The position numbers were made by a program, and so were the translations under genes. Below, piece after piece: positions 50,263 through 61,838 of a DNA stretch of 64,000 bases. Numbering within the stretch: the stretch's first letter is position 1; every line of letters starts with the position of its first letter. The notes below the pieces were generated by a model that did not search any database, was not told the DNA's origin, and was given only the letters and a program-made list of their open reading frames with translations. Source of the DNA: Puccinia triticina (taxonomy: Eukaryota); NCBI GenBank assembly GCA_026914245.1, contig CP110440.1, positions 3,658,001 through 3,722,000 of the forward strand. Direction: 5' to 3'.

Positions 50263-53200
50263 ATGGAAAACAATCAGCCTGTTATTTCAAATGCGCCTTC
50301 CAACACCTCACCCTCTTTGGACCCATCTTTTCCACCGGGTGCTTTGACTCCCCCCCCAAGTACTAGCTTTCAGATAATCACCCGCTCTCTATGTACATCT
50401 CACTGCAAAAAAAACTGTGTCAACTGTGAGCAGTTGACATGTGGCAACTCTGAGGAAGCTTGTGGTGTTACACCAGCCTTACTCAAGGTTTGACTCAACC
50501 CAAGCTTCAATGCACAGTCACTGTGCACCTTGCACAGTGACTGTGCCAACAAAGGCACTTCTGCATTCATGTGGAGTTACAATGGCAGCTTGGCTTGAGT
50601 ATCCTGCATGTCAACTGCAAGCAGTTGACCAAGTTATTTTTGCAGTGTCTAATTCACTTGCTTCTTTCCATAGGTCAAAATGTCATTGAAGCAAACTTTC
50701 CATCCAAGACTCTACCGGCCCCCACGTTAAAAGAGTTTGCAGTCAGAAAAGACAACCCTGGTGCACCTCTCCCACTGAATCCCGATGAACCCATCCTTGA
50801 CAATGAAATCCAGCAAATTACAGCAGAAGAATTTGGCTACACGATCCAAGCCGCCGAGGAGGCTGCTAAACATCTTGCCAAACTCAAGCTCCCCCGAAGT
50901 TGGAAGAAACAGGTGGACAAACTTTCTCATTCCATCAACAGCACCAAGCGCAGTAAGTCATCTAGTTCCAGATTTCCCCCTCCCGAAACAACTTCGTGGT
51001 GAATTTCTTACTGACATCATTTTATAGCATGGGAGAAAACTGGTGAAATTCCAGATGACGAAGCCATTAAGATACAAACCGGTAAATCCAGTTCCAACTC
51101 ACCAAAAACATTGAAAGGATCCAGCAAGCCCCCCAAGAAACGCGCCAGGAAAGCGAACTCCTCCAAGCCAGTCGATTTGTTGGTCAAAAAAAATAACACG
51201 TCAACACTCACCACCCCATTGCAACCAATACCACCTTCAAACTCGCCAAACCCATCCCAAATTCCGGTCTGCAAAGATTCTCGAGTTGAACATTGTCCTC
51301 CCGAAAATCCTCATTCCCCAGATCTTCCCATCCAGAGCACCACCACCGATTCAGGCGACGCGGTCAACTCAATCGATCCAGGAGCTTCTCCGGCTCCTGT
51401 AATAACTTCCAATCCCCTAGAACTTGCTCCTATTGACCAAAACCCTGCACCTAAATCAACTGCCAAAGATCCCCCCAGTATTTCCCCATCGAATGCCACA
51501 GAGAACAATGATCAACAACCAGCCCTTTCCAAAAACGATCAACCTGCTGCTTCCCACCCTCACCAAAATAGCTCCACCTCAGAAACTCAAAATTCAACCA
51601 AATCAATCCCTTCTAACCAAAACCCTGGCCCAACGACCTCTTCAGGTCAACCAAATCAAACTGGCATCGGCCCACAGAACCGATTTTCCACCAACCCCCC
51701 CTCAAAATTGCCTGCTCGGCTACTTACCATTCTCAAGTCTGACGATGTGCGAATTGAAGTGGTTCGCATCCACCGCGAGTTTGATGGAGCCAAGCCTTCC
51801 TGGCAAAAGTACCAAACAACCTGGGCGTCCCTTACTCTCCTGGTCCAATTCCGAGCACAGTCAATGCAGACATCAGTTCCATCCAACCCTGAATTCCGCT
51901 TCCAACGCACCTCCTGCTCATATGCTTCGTGGATCAAAACCATAAGCTCTTTGTGCAAGTACTCCATCATTATATCATAATTCCTCTTAGAAATCATTCT
52001 ACGACTAACTTTATAACCATTTATTTTATGTAGCAACAGAGTTCTTGTCACCATCTTCCAACCAACAATGGTACTGCCCTGATGTTATTGACTTTCCCCT
52101 GCTTTCTACCTTCGGAAACAAAGATATCCCTCCCCAATCCTATATATCAACAGCTGCCAAAACCCCTCATCCGGAGTCAACCCTAGTTCGCTTTCTCTAT
52201 TGCCTTCTACACCCTGCTCAAACTTCAATCTCTGATTGGGCCAAGCTGGTTGCAGCCTCTGTTGAACTCATGGCCGATAGTCTTTATGTCCCACCTGCAC
52301 CCACCGCCGTACACGATGAAGACCAACTCATTCAAGGTGTGCAAGTACTTCAACATATCGAGGCCATCAAAAATTCTTCCTCGAGCTTTGACACTGTGGA
52401 AGACAACCCTGGCGAAGACTCTCAACCTACTCAACGTTCTCATTCCGTTGATGTTCTTCACAAATTTTGAAATTCAATTCTTGATGTCTTATCAGCATAT
52501 GTTATCTTCCAAACCCATGCACTGAGCAAACCACCATTGATGGATGCGCAGAAGAAGACCAATTCACGCAACCTTTGCACGACCACTCGGAACCCATCTG
52601 GCACTGTTATTACCTCTGAAAACAAATCGTTGGACTTGGCGAACATTCAAGCTGAATCAAACCGTCAACTCCAATCATACCAGCACCGCCAGAACTACCA
52701 GCCATTGATTTTCTTTGTCCTTGCTGGAGTTCGGGGCCTTTTTCTAGCGTTGAGGGACTCCTGTCCGTGCTAAGCGGCGGCAGTCGGGTGAGGGGATGGA
52801 TGCTGTTTAGGCTGCCCTCGTGGTGAGTGGTCCGTCGAGATGGGCGCTGAAATGGGTGGGGATCTGGGATAGCTTTTGTGGTTGGAGTGGTTTTGAGAGG
52901 TTCGCCGGGGTTTTGGATCCTCGGCGGCGGTTGTTTTGTTTGAGGAAAAAGGGATGAGGGTGATCTTAAAGAGGAAGAAAGAAAGGATCTGGGATTCTGG
53001 ATGAAAGGTGATCGGCGGACGGAGCCCGAAAGTTTGAACTCTGAAGATATGATCTCTGAATCTTGATGGTCCGTATTCTGGGGATCAGAATGCCATGCCT
53101 CTCCCATCATCCAAGTTCGGCGAACTTGGACTCCGGGAGAGCCACATGTCACGTGTATTTCATCATCTCCTCCGCGCGCTACGCGCGCACACACACACGA

Positions 53201-53903
53201 CAAACAGGAGAAACAGGAAACAGAGAACACAAGTCAAAGAACAAAGAAATGAAAGTGAGAGGAGACAGAAGAAAAAGAACCAGAGGAAAGGAGAAGGAAA
53301 AGAGGAAGGAGGAAGCAGAAAGACTCAGGCCAAAACAGACAGAACAAAAAGAATAGAAGGAAGAGAACCAGAAGAAACCAGGGAATAAACCCACAGCAGA
53401 TGAAAAAAGAGAGGGGGGAAGGAGTATGGAAGAGAAGGGTGAAAGATGAGGAAAAATGGGGGAGTTGAGGGTCTTGAGAATCTTGATGTTTCTTGAGACT
53501 TGAGGAATGAAACTGAAACTGGACTCTTGATGACAATCCTGGCGGCGGCGATGATCCTGACTAGCTGGCCACGAGAGGGGCCACCACAGCGTCCAGAAAC
53601 CATCGCCATGCTTCCACAATTGATTGCATGTCATTCAATCAGGCAATTACAGTAATTAAACAACACTCAACTGCGTCACACACGCCTGAGGAACCCATAT
53701 GGAAGAACCTCTCAGCTTATATTGTCAAAATCTTTGCACCTGTCTTTTGCTTGCCAAACAAAATATCCCACCTTGAAAAGACACCAACTCGATATGAGAT
53801 TGCTGAAGCGATCACTATGGATTTTCTTAATCACTGGCGTGAAATCCAGCCCACTTCCCCGTTTCTTATTCCTCATTCATCACATCAAATTCAAGAAAGT
53901 TGA
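50263..53903 (+). pseudogene. Multi-exon cargo gene of unknown function (Cys-rich N-terminus, Pro/Ser-rich middle), interrupted by a solo LTR
   Basis: Colinear ORF pieces at 50263, 50571, 51111, 52045, 52537 and 53628. TGA stops at 50491 and 52468. The frame GLFLA|SRNHRH is restored by removing 52751-53592. Confidence 0.7.
52751..53588. mobile_element. Solo LTR, 838 bp
   Basis: TG...CA ends, TSD GCGT (52747-52750 and 53589-53592), abrupt change to purine-rich composition, and it splits a codon run. Confidence 0.8.
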
Positions 53904-54385
53904 TTCTCAAAGCGTGTACATAGACAAGAGATTATCTCTTTTTGCTAGACAAATCAATACTCTTGACTGCCTTTTTCCCAAATTTTACGTGTTTATCTTC
54001 TTGTGATTTGTACATGGGGGGAGTATTGAGCTTCTCACCCATTCACACCAAAATTCAGATATACTTTCTAACACGGTGAAATGTGGATCATATGCAAACA
54101 CACTGCAGAGCCAGCTTTGGCACGCATAGAACACATAAATTGAGGAATGAAGAGATGAAAATCAGGATAAGATTTCATGAGTCATACTATCCATTGACAT
54201 GCCCGTTGGAATTTTTGATACATTTATTGTGTGAGACAAAAAAGAAGTGGTGTAAAATTGAGTTAGGTCCGCTCGTGTCAATTTTTTTTGTTTTTCTTTC
54301 TTCTTAAGGCAACAGGGAGCCTCCAATCCTTCACTTTCAGCTGGAACCTCTTCTTTGGAGCACCCCTTAAGCCATATTTTGATAT

Positions 54386-55135
54386 TTCAGATCGACCAAG
54401 TTTCACCGCACACTCGACCTAACAAAAGCTCCAAAAATCTATCAGGAAATGTCATATGTGTCACCTGAAAAATCATGATATTGAACCACACGTACACCTA
54501 CAGCAAGTAAACCACCAAGACTTGGGACTCGCGATGCCATGCCCCCAAACCGAATGGAATTGCCAGCGCTAATTGTCTGAAAAGTTTGAAGTGCCTGACA
54601 ACTGAGTGAAGCCAGTTTGATACAGCCAGATTGGGACTGAAAAAGGACATTGAATAGACATTTTTTAAGCGCATAATTTCTCCTCTGAAACTATTTATTA
54701 ATTCTAGAGGGAAATTCATACCTGCTTCATGGTCCCATCAACTACCTTAATGTGAGTCACACACTCCCGAATTGGATGCCACTCCACCTTCGCCACTCGA
54801 GCCGTCCCAAATACTTGTGCATTTTCATATTCGTATAATCCGGGAAGTTGCCCCTGGTGTACATACCAGTCTAACATCTCTACTTTAATTGTTGGTTGGT
54901 CTGAATCAGGACATATGGTTAATTTTCCGCAAAAGAATACCTGGCTAGAACTATCATTGAGGATGGGATGATTAGCTGCATCCAACGACTTGAGAACAAT
55001 GTGATATTCTTGATAGCTATTGTTGCGGTAGGGAAGATGAAATAAGGCTATAGGGGTTTGCATATGAATCTCTAGCCCATCACTGTGTATACTACGCTTG
55101 TTTGAAAGAAGTACATTTGCTGCGATTTCAATCAT
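54386..55135 (-). CDS. Hypothetical beta-rich cargo protein, about 3 exons
   Basis: 139-aa first exon ending at GTATGA, with short downstream exons at about 54500-54637 and 54386-54465. 3' structure is approximate. Confidence 0.5.
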
Positions 55136-55602
55136 TCTGTTGATAAATTGAGCTGATTAATATGAGAGCTAGTGAAGTGCTCGGGGACACCAAGAGCAAG
55201 GGAGGTATGAGAAAAAACAGACCCAACCACCTCAAGGGTTGATTCATCTTATGGCCCACATGTGTGATGGGTCTGGCAGTGATCCTTTTCGGTGGTTTGA
55301 GCCAACAAAGGCAACACTTCTTCTCAGGCCTTCATGAATTTTTTAACATTAAAGATTAATTGCGGGGACACCATTACATACGGTAGTTACTTTAGTGGTA
55401 TTCACAGGTGCCTTTGTCCTTCACCGTTGGTAGTTGGACCACCCCTTACAATCACCGTGGGTTTGGTCCTGAGGGTGTTTGTTTGTTTGTCTGTTTGTTT
55501 GTTTGTTTGAATTCGTTTTCAGCAATCCCCTTGTGAATTTATTCCCTTTCACTCTTCTATTTGGACACACTTGGTCCCTTTCAGGCCTGACAACATGCCA
55601 GT

Positions 55603-55636
55603 GTCACTGCGATGTACGCGCGTACATGGTAGTGAC
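55603..55636. promoter_or_regulatory. 34-bp palindromic site, copy 5
   Basis: GTCAC TGCG ATGTACGCGCGTACAT GGTA GTGAC. Confidence 0.75.
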
Positions 55637-57346
55637 ATGAGTAGTCTTCTGCTTCTTGTCCCCTCCTCTGACCACAGACATGGGACCAATGCCCTATAAT
55701 AAAGACTAACCAAATTGTATAAATTTATGCATTGTATCTGGCCCAACAAAAAAGGCAACAGTACCAAATGTTTTTGTTGTCAATGGCATTGGTCCCAATC
55801 CTGTTGGAGACCCCAGTCCCTGGCTTCTGCCAAGCTCTGATCCAAACATTCAATCTATAGTAAAAAAACTTCTCCATAATTCATTATCTTCTGAAAATTG
55901 TGTTGACAAAATTCCAACCTTGTAATTAAGTTGCATCTCAAAGAAAATTTCACAAGTGTTCAAACTAAATCTTGGAAGTAAAATTAGATTATTTGTTTTC
56001 TGAATGCTTCTCTGAAGGCATACGAATAGAAATTTGGATGGAAATCACCTATCTTTGATGCATCCACAACACTTACAATATTTCAAGATATTTATCAACC
56101 CATTTTATTATTGGTTGCATTTCTTCAATGTAAAGTGCGATGTAGGTCTTTCCTGCAGATCCTAGTTGTGTCCTGCATTCCGATTCTGTGAGACTTTTTA
56201 CATGTGGTGCACCTGACCAAAAATAATCCGCAGCCAGCAGAAATTGTTAATATTATCATCTCCCCCACATTAGAACAACTAAACTGGCCTTCAAATTACG
56301 TTGAATTTTATCACCATGGTTATGTCTCAAGGCTCAATGTTTCCACCCAATTCCACCTCATCTCCTGGTCCGAACCCTCCACAGTTGAAATCATCCAGCC
56401 CAGGTTCACTAATTATGCGCATTGGGGGGGGGGGGGGGGTGATGAGAAATAGGCAATTGCTTGGCATTAGTCATTACTCTTTTAACTTTGGCTGTTGATT
56501 TTAATACCCAGAAAGATAGCACAGATGTTTTCGCCCCAGATCAACAGCCACAAGAAATCTGTCAGATGAGTTGTCCCAATCCAAAAAAGATGGCTTGTGA
56601 TTGGTACTGTCCCGGCTATGAATACACTTTCATCTCTTTCTTTTTTGAAGACCCGGAAAAAGCTCTCCAGACTGTGGAATCCACTGTCTGCATCCAGAAA
56701 ATAACATTGTGAAGTCATTTTTGCGGGTGAGGAGAAGGGTTCCTTGCAAGCACGTTTGTGTTGTAGCAGGCGTAAAGACAAACCCCCTGGGTATGTTAAA
56801 AAGGCTTATTTCAAAAATATGTCACATTTCCAGAGGATAAAAGAGAAACTGAGCACAACAAGACAAAATCTGACTCCAGAAGCCAATCACATCAAAGTTA
56901 CTATCAGGTTGGTTAAGTTTGAAAAAGCAGTTTTTCAAAAGGGAAAGCATGATTTGTTTTTCCGTTTTGTTTTTGAATGGGTCATTTGGGTGAAAAATAA
57001 CTCATGGCTAGTGTGAAAACCTGGCTCAGGAGCCATCTACCCAAATCTTGAGTTCATGTCTTTATTTTTGTTAATTCTTTGCATTGTCTCATATCATACT
57101 CAAATCACAAGTCGTCCCTTGGTACCACTTGTTATACATACACAGATGGCTTCTCAAATACTGCGTGAACAGCTCTCCCCCTCATACACCGCTCATCCAT
57201 GGCTCCTCAGAAGCATGATCCATTTCTATCATTCAAATCATCAACCACTTGTCCTCCCATGGCATTCATATGGCATTTTACCTCCAAGGCTGATCTCAGA
57301 TTCATGTGAAGGCAACCTAGTTTTGTCTTGAGATGTCTATTTTGAT

Positions 57347-57380
57347 GTCACTGTGTTGTACGCGCGTACATAGTGGTGAC
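57347..57380. promoter_or_regulatory. 34-bp palindromic site, copy 6
   Basis: GTCAC TGTG TTGTACGCGCGTACAT AGTG GTGAC (one mismatch). Confidence 0.72.
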
Positions 57381-58401
57381 AATACTCATCCTTTTTCCCA
57401 CATCTCCATTGATGTCATTGAATATTTGTACCGCTGTTCTGCTCCCCAAATCCACTTGCCCCCACACTCACAAAGTTTATTTTTAGAAAGGTTATCAGAT
57501 TGAAAGCAGTTGATGCAGAGATAACTCGTTGCCCTTCTGCTGAGCTTCTGAATGAATACACCCATCACATGACGTTTTGCTACATATATGTATTAATTAA
57601 GTTTACTCCGGTGGATTTCTCTTTTGAATTATCCACAGTATATATAGCTCGAAGCTTTGATTTCAACTTTTAAACCAACTTAATTTTTGTTATAACTTCA
57701 CCTTTAATCAATCTCTCACCACTTGGGTATTCACGTCTTCTCTCATGCCAGAGTAAATTGAACTTTCCACCACTCATAACATACCGCTTCTAGACCTCAT
57801 TTCATCAATCAGAACACTCTGATGTCGATGATGATTATTAAATGAAGCTGGATTTACTGTTCAAGTGGTTGTTTAGTTTTTTTCTCCCGTACATATCACT
57901 CAGACCTATATGCATCACTCAGGCTTATTGAGAATTCCCTCGCCTCATTGAATGCTGACCTGGCTGCACTGCCTTGCATGTATTCAATTCTAGTTGCTAT
58001 TTCAGTTTAATTTGGCCTGTTATTGATGAGAGCGCTGTGCTCATCATGGGATGTGCCAAATCTTGCCATGTATGTATTTCAATGTGTTGATACATTTTGC
58101 ATCAAAATAAGCAAAAAAATTCACACACGTAGGGAGTACAGGCAGCTGTCCACATTTGAACAAAATATGGTTCGTGTGCTGAGATTCTTTCAAAGTTTTT
58201 GTGTGCTTGTTTCAGACTGGCACGTGTGGGAATTGATGTGTGTTCCTGCCCACCATGTCCGGTCGGACCCAGCTGTCTTGCTTTGTGTTTGAAAATCTGA
58301 GCTTGCTGTTTCACTGTGAAACCCTCACCCGTTGCCCTTGAGACCAACTCCAAGACTCCATTCATCGAGACTTGCACACACCTTGCCACTCAGTTTCTAT
58401 C

Positions 58402-58510
58402 CACTCGCCATCACCTTGCCAATCGCCCCTGGACAAACACTCGCCATCACCTCGCCAATTGCCCCTGAACATACACTCGCCATCACCTCGCCAATCTCCC
58501 CTGAAAAAAA
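58402..58510 (+). repeat. 36-bp tandem repeat x3
   Basis: CACTCGCCATCACC(T/C)...GCCAAT..CCCCTG repeated. Confidence 0.85.
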
Positions 58511-59200
58511 CCAGCATGCCCAAATCGCAACTTGCCAGCAGCAGCGATAACTCAATAGGAGCGAATGCCAGCACAAGCCCCGCAGCTGTCTTCATCTCTC
58601 TCAATGCTGATTTCTCCGCTCGATCGCGCGATTCAATGGCAAGTACCTCTATCTATGTTGTTGAAGCAATCTGTTGTTGATAAATAACTGATTGGTAATC
58701 GTTTGTCCACTCCATTTGGATCATTGAATCTTTTTATAGGACAATCGATCATGTGTTGAGTCTCGGATCAACAACCGTGAGCTCTGGCGCGACCAACTTC
58801 AGCAGAAAATGCAGACTGATCTGATTAAACCCCGTTCCTGCCTGTGTTAGTGATAGCTCCCCCAGAATCAACCAATCAATCCAGCTCGGTGGATATTGTC
58901 CGCTTGGATCAGACAGACCAATCTACCTCGGTCAGTTCATTAATTCCAACTCTTTGCTACCTGAATCAGCAATTACTCATTGCCACTCCTTTCAATTTTA
59001 TGAATAGATATCGATGGGTCAGGATGCTCAAAATGCTGTTCAAGATCGGCCTGAGGGTAGTGAGTCCTGCCAAGTAGTAAACAAACAACATACCTGTCGT
59101 TTTCTGACCAATTTTTTTTGGTTATGTATATGCTGGCTCAACAGCATCAACGGAACAAAGTTGGATTGAAAAATACATCGCCTGCGAGGATCATCGCCAA

Positions 59201-60521
59201 TTGATCCATCATCCCCTGCGATACACCTGGGCAACCAGACAGACAATTCAGAACGAGAAGGTTTCCGTGAAGCCACCATTCCCCCGTGTTGGCTCGGCCA
59301 CCACCACTCACTTTTCTCTCATGGCTCCACCTACAATGTTTTCCTTTGGTGGTTCTTTCAATGGTTGTTTGCAGCAAGATCTCTTCTCCTTTTCTCCTGA
59401 TCCTCAATGTCCCGAATTGCACCTCACAGTCTCTGTTCTCAACACACGCGGCTCCAACCCGGCACCTCGCTCTGATGCCGTTTTGGCTGCAAACAATGGC
59501 CAGCTTTTTCTTTGGGGTGGCCAGCTCTCCTCAGAGGGCCTCGCCGAGCAAGACACGAATCTCTATGTACTTAAGCTGTCTACACATTCCTGGACTCGCT
59601 CAGAAACGTCGGGCCCCTCTCCCCATGCTGTGGCTGGCTCAACTGCTACACTATTCGAGGATTTTCTTTACCTCTTCGCTGGTGAAAACCTTGATGGCTC
59701 CATCAATGGCGACCTTTGGCGAATAGGTGTGGATTGGGATACATTTAAGCCATCATCTGTCTATAATCATGCGCCTGGTACCCAGTAGAGTTGATTTTTG
59801 CAATTTGATTTATATGTACAACAACCCAGCTCCATCACCTCTTTACTGGCATCGTTACTCGTTTGCACAGGACCTGAAACTACCTCCTGCTCGTACCAGG
59901 CACTCAGCAGTACAGTACAGGAAATCCTGAATCATCTTTGGCGGCACAAGCGGTATGGATCTACTCAACGATCTCTGGGAGTACTCTTTTGAAAATCAAG
60001 AGTGGAAGCCTATCTCTTGCTCCGGTTTAATCCCAGCTCCTCACAAACTGCATTCGGCAACCCGAATTGAAGACTACATGTACGTTCTTGGTGGTACTGG
60101 CGATGATGGTGCCATACTCCACGACATGTATGCTCTAAACCTAAAATGTTTGTGTTTATTTCCTTGCTTCTCTCTCCAATTGATCTTTTTGTATGACTCA
60201 CTTCCAACAAATTTTTCAGCTCATGTTTGGTATGCTTTGCCGGTCGGTGGCCTTGAGCAAATCATCAATTGTGGCCAGCTCTTAGCTTCTTGGAATGAAT
60301 CCATCTACGTTTGGGGTGGTCAGGCAACGAATCTGGGAAAGCTCAGCAATACTTCACTTTACCACACTCTCAACATCCCCGTGAATCCTACCTCCGCCAG
60401 TCAACCTCTCTCGCCAATATTCTCCTTGCTTGCAAAAGAGGAATATCCAACCAATCCATTTGTGTATGTCCTTTCTTCCCTTCGTGCATTTCCTTCTTCC
60501 CTTGTCAGTGGTATTGCGTAG
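59201..60521 (+). pseudogene. Kelch-repeat beta-propeller protein (Kel1/Tea1-like), disrupted
   Basis: FSFGG, PAPR...LFLWGG...LYVL...W, LYLFAG...DLW, PPARTRHSAV...IFGG...NDLWEY...W, HSAT...MYVLGG and IYVWGG. TGA at 59928; 5' exons may extend to about 58300. Confidence 0.85.
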
Positions 60522-60781
60522 GAGTAGTGCAGTTGGTGAAACCATCATTTTCGCCACGGCTACTCCTACAATATGCTATCTGATTGAGGGAAAGTTATTT
60601 GGGTGCAAGCAGAAGAGTGTTGGCCAAACCATCATTTTGGCCGCGCTCATGCTGCTGGCTGAACCCCCATCGCACCACTCTCAACACTGAAATTAAGTGT
60701 GGTTTGCTACTGATTTTTCTTATTTGCCTCCTATTCATAGGCCCCACCGCCGAATTCGACCGCAGAAACAAATGAAACACC

Positions 60782-61838
60782 ATGAGAAAGCGCAAGAAAA
60801 ACGAGAAGCACCGCTTTGTCTTCCTAACCAGCATCACCACATCTACCATCGTGTTATTGGAAAATCTCGTCAACATGATCCGTGCCCTTCCGAACTTTTC
60901 ACAAGCCAGAAGACCATCAAGGAAGAATACTACTCGCTCACACATGGTGTTTGCATCGTTGCGCCCGAGGACCTCCCCCCATTCTGCATGGCCGCCTGGT
61001 ATCCTTTCGAGACAATGGCCGCCAATGAGAAGAAAGGGTGGGAAAGATTTGTCTTGCACCTTCTCAGCCGAATTGACTATGTAGCCGAAGTCAAAACAAA
61101 CGGCCCACAGAAAGGTGGAACCTTGTGGGGTGATGGTTGGCGTAAGTGCTCCAAGAAAACTGAGCACTTTGGAAGGTTTTGTGCTGTTGAAATGCTGCGG
61201 AAACAAATGCGCCTGCTCAGATTCGACCCGATGACCAGAAGGCCCGTTTACTCGAAGCTGGCAAATGGCTCTCAGACCACTTGAAAGCCTTTGCACCCAC
61301 TGTGCACAAAAACTATCACGAAACCCTAACAATCAACCAATATCCTTCGATGAATCACACAGAATTTGGCGAACCTTACACATCTTCCGACTTTGCCTCT
61401 TTCCTCACTTTCACTATGTATGACTTCTACAATCTCCCACACAACGACAACGACGTCAACGACTGGACCTTGGTGGGTTGGATCCCAATCTTCAATCCTC
61501 AAAACGGCGACAATCCTCAAATATTAGCCGATGAAGGGTTTGATATGATTGGTGGGCAGTTTACTTTTCGTGATTTTCAAGTGTGTTTGGACTTGAATAG
61601 AACACTGGGTGTTACCCTCTGTGTGTTCCTCTCCCAAGATTATCGTCACCAAACTCTCTCTGGCTGTTCCCCGTCTGGCATGTACACCAGACTTGGATTT
61701 TCTTGTCAAACAAACGAAAGAATGGCAAAAGCTATCACTGCTTTTATTCAAGGGCATTATGAAAAAAAATTAAAAATAGGTGGTCTGAATGATCAAATTG
61801 AAGAAGCAAATGCTCCTCCCAAAAAAAGAAAGACCTAG
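60782..61838 (+). pseudogene. TET/JBP-like 2OG-Fe(II) dioxygenase, frameshifted
   Basis: GTLWGDGWRK, FASFLTFTMYDFYNLPHNDND (HxD), GGQFTF, DYRHQT (distal His) and TRLGFSCQ (2OG-binding Arg). Frameshift near 61228 and probably near 60915. Confidence 0.78.

Noticed and set aside
53063..53634. Lys/Arg/Glu-rich and Phe/Ser-rich ORFs
   Set aside because: Translation of the purine-rich tract of the solo LTR.
55476..55509. (GTTT)n microsatellite
   Set aside because: Ordinary short simple repeat.
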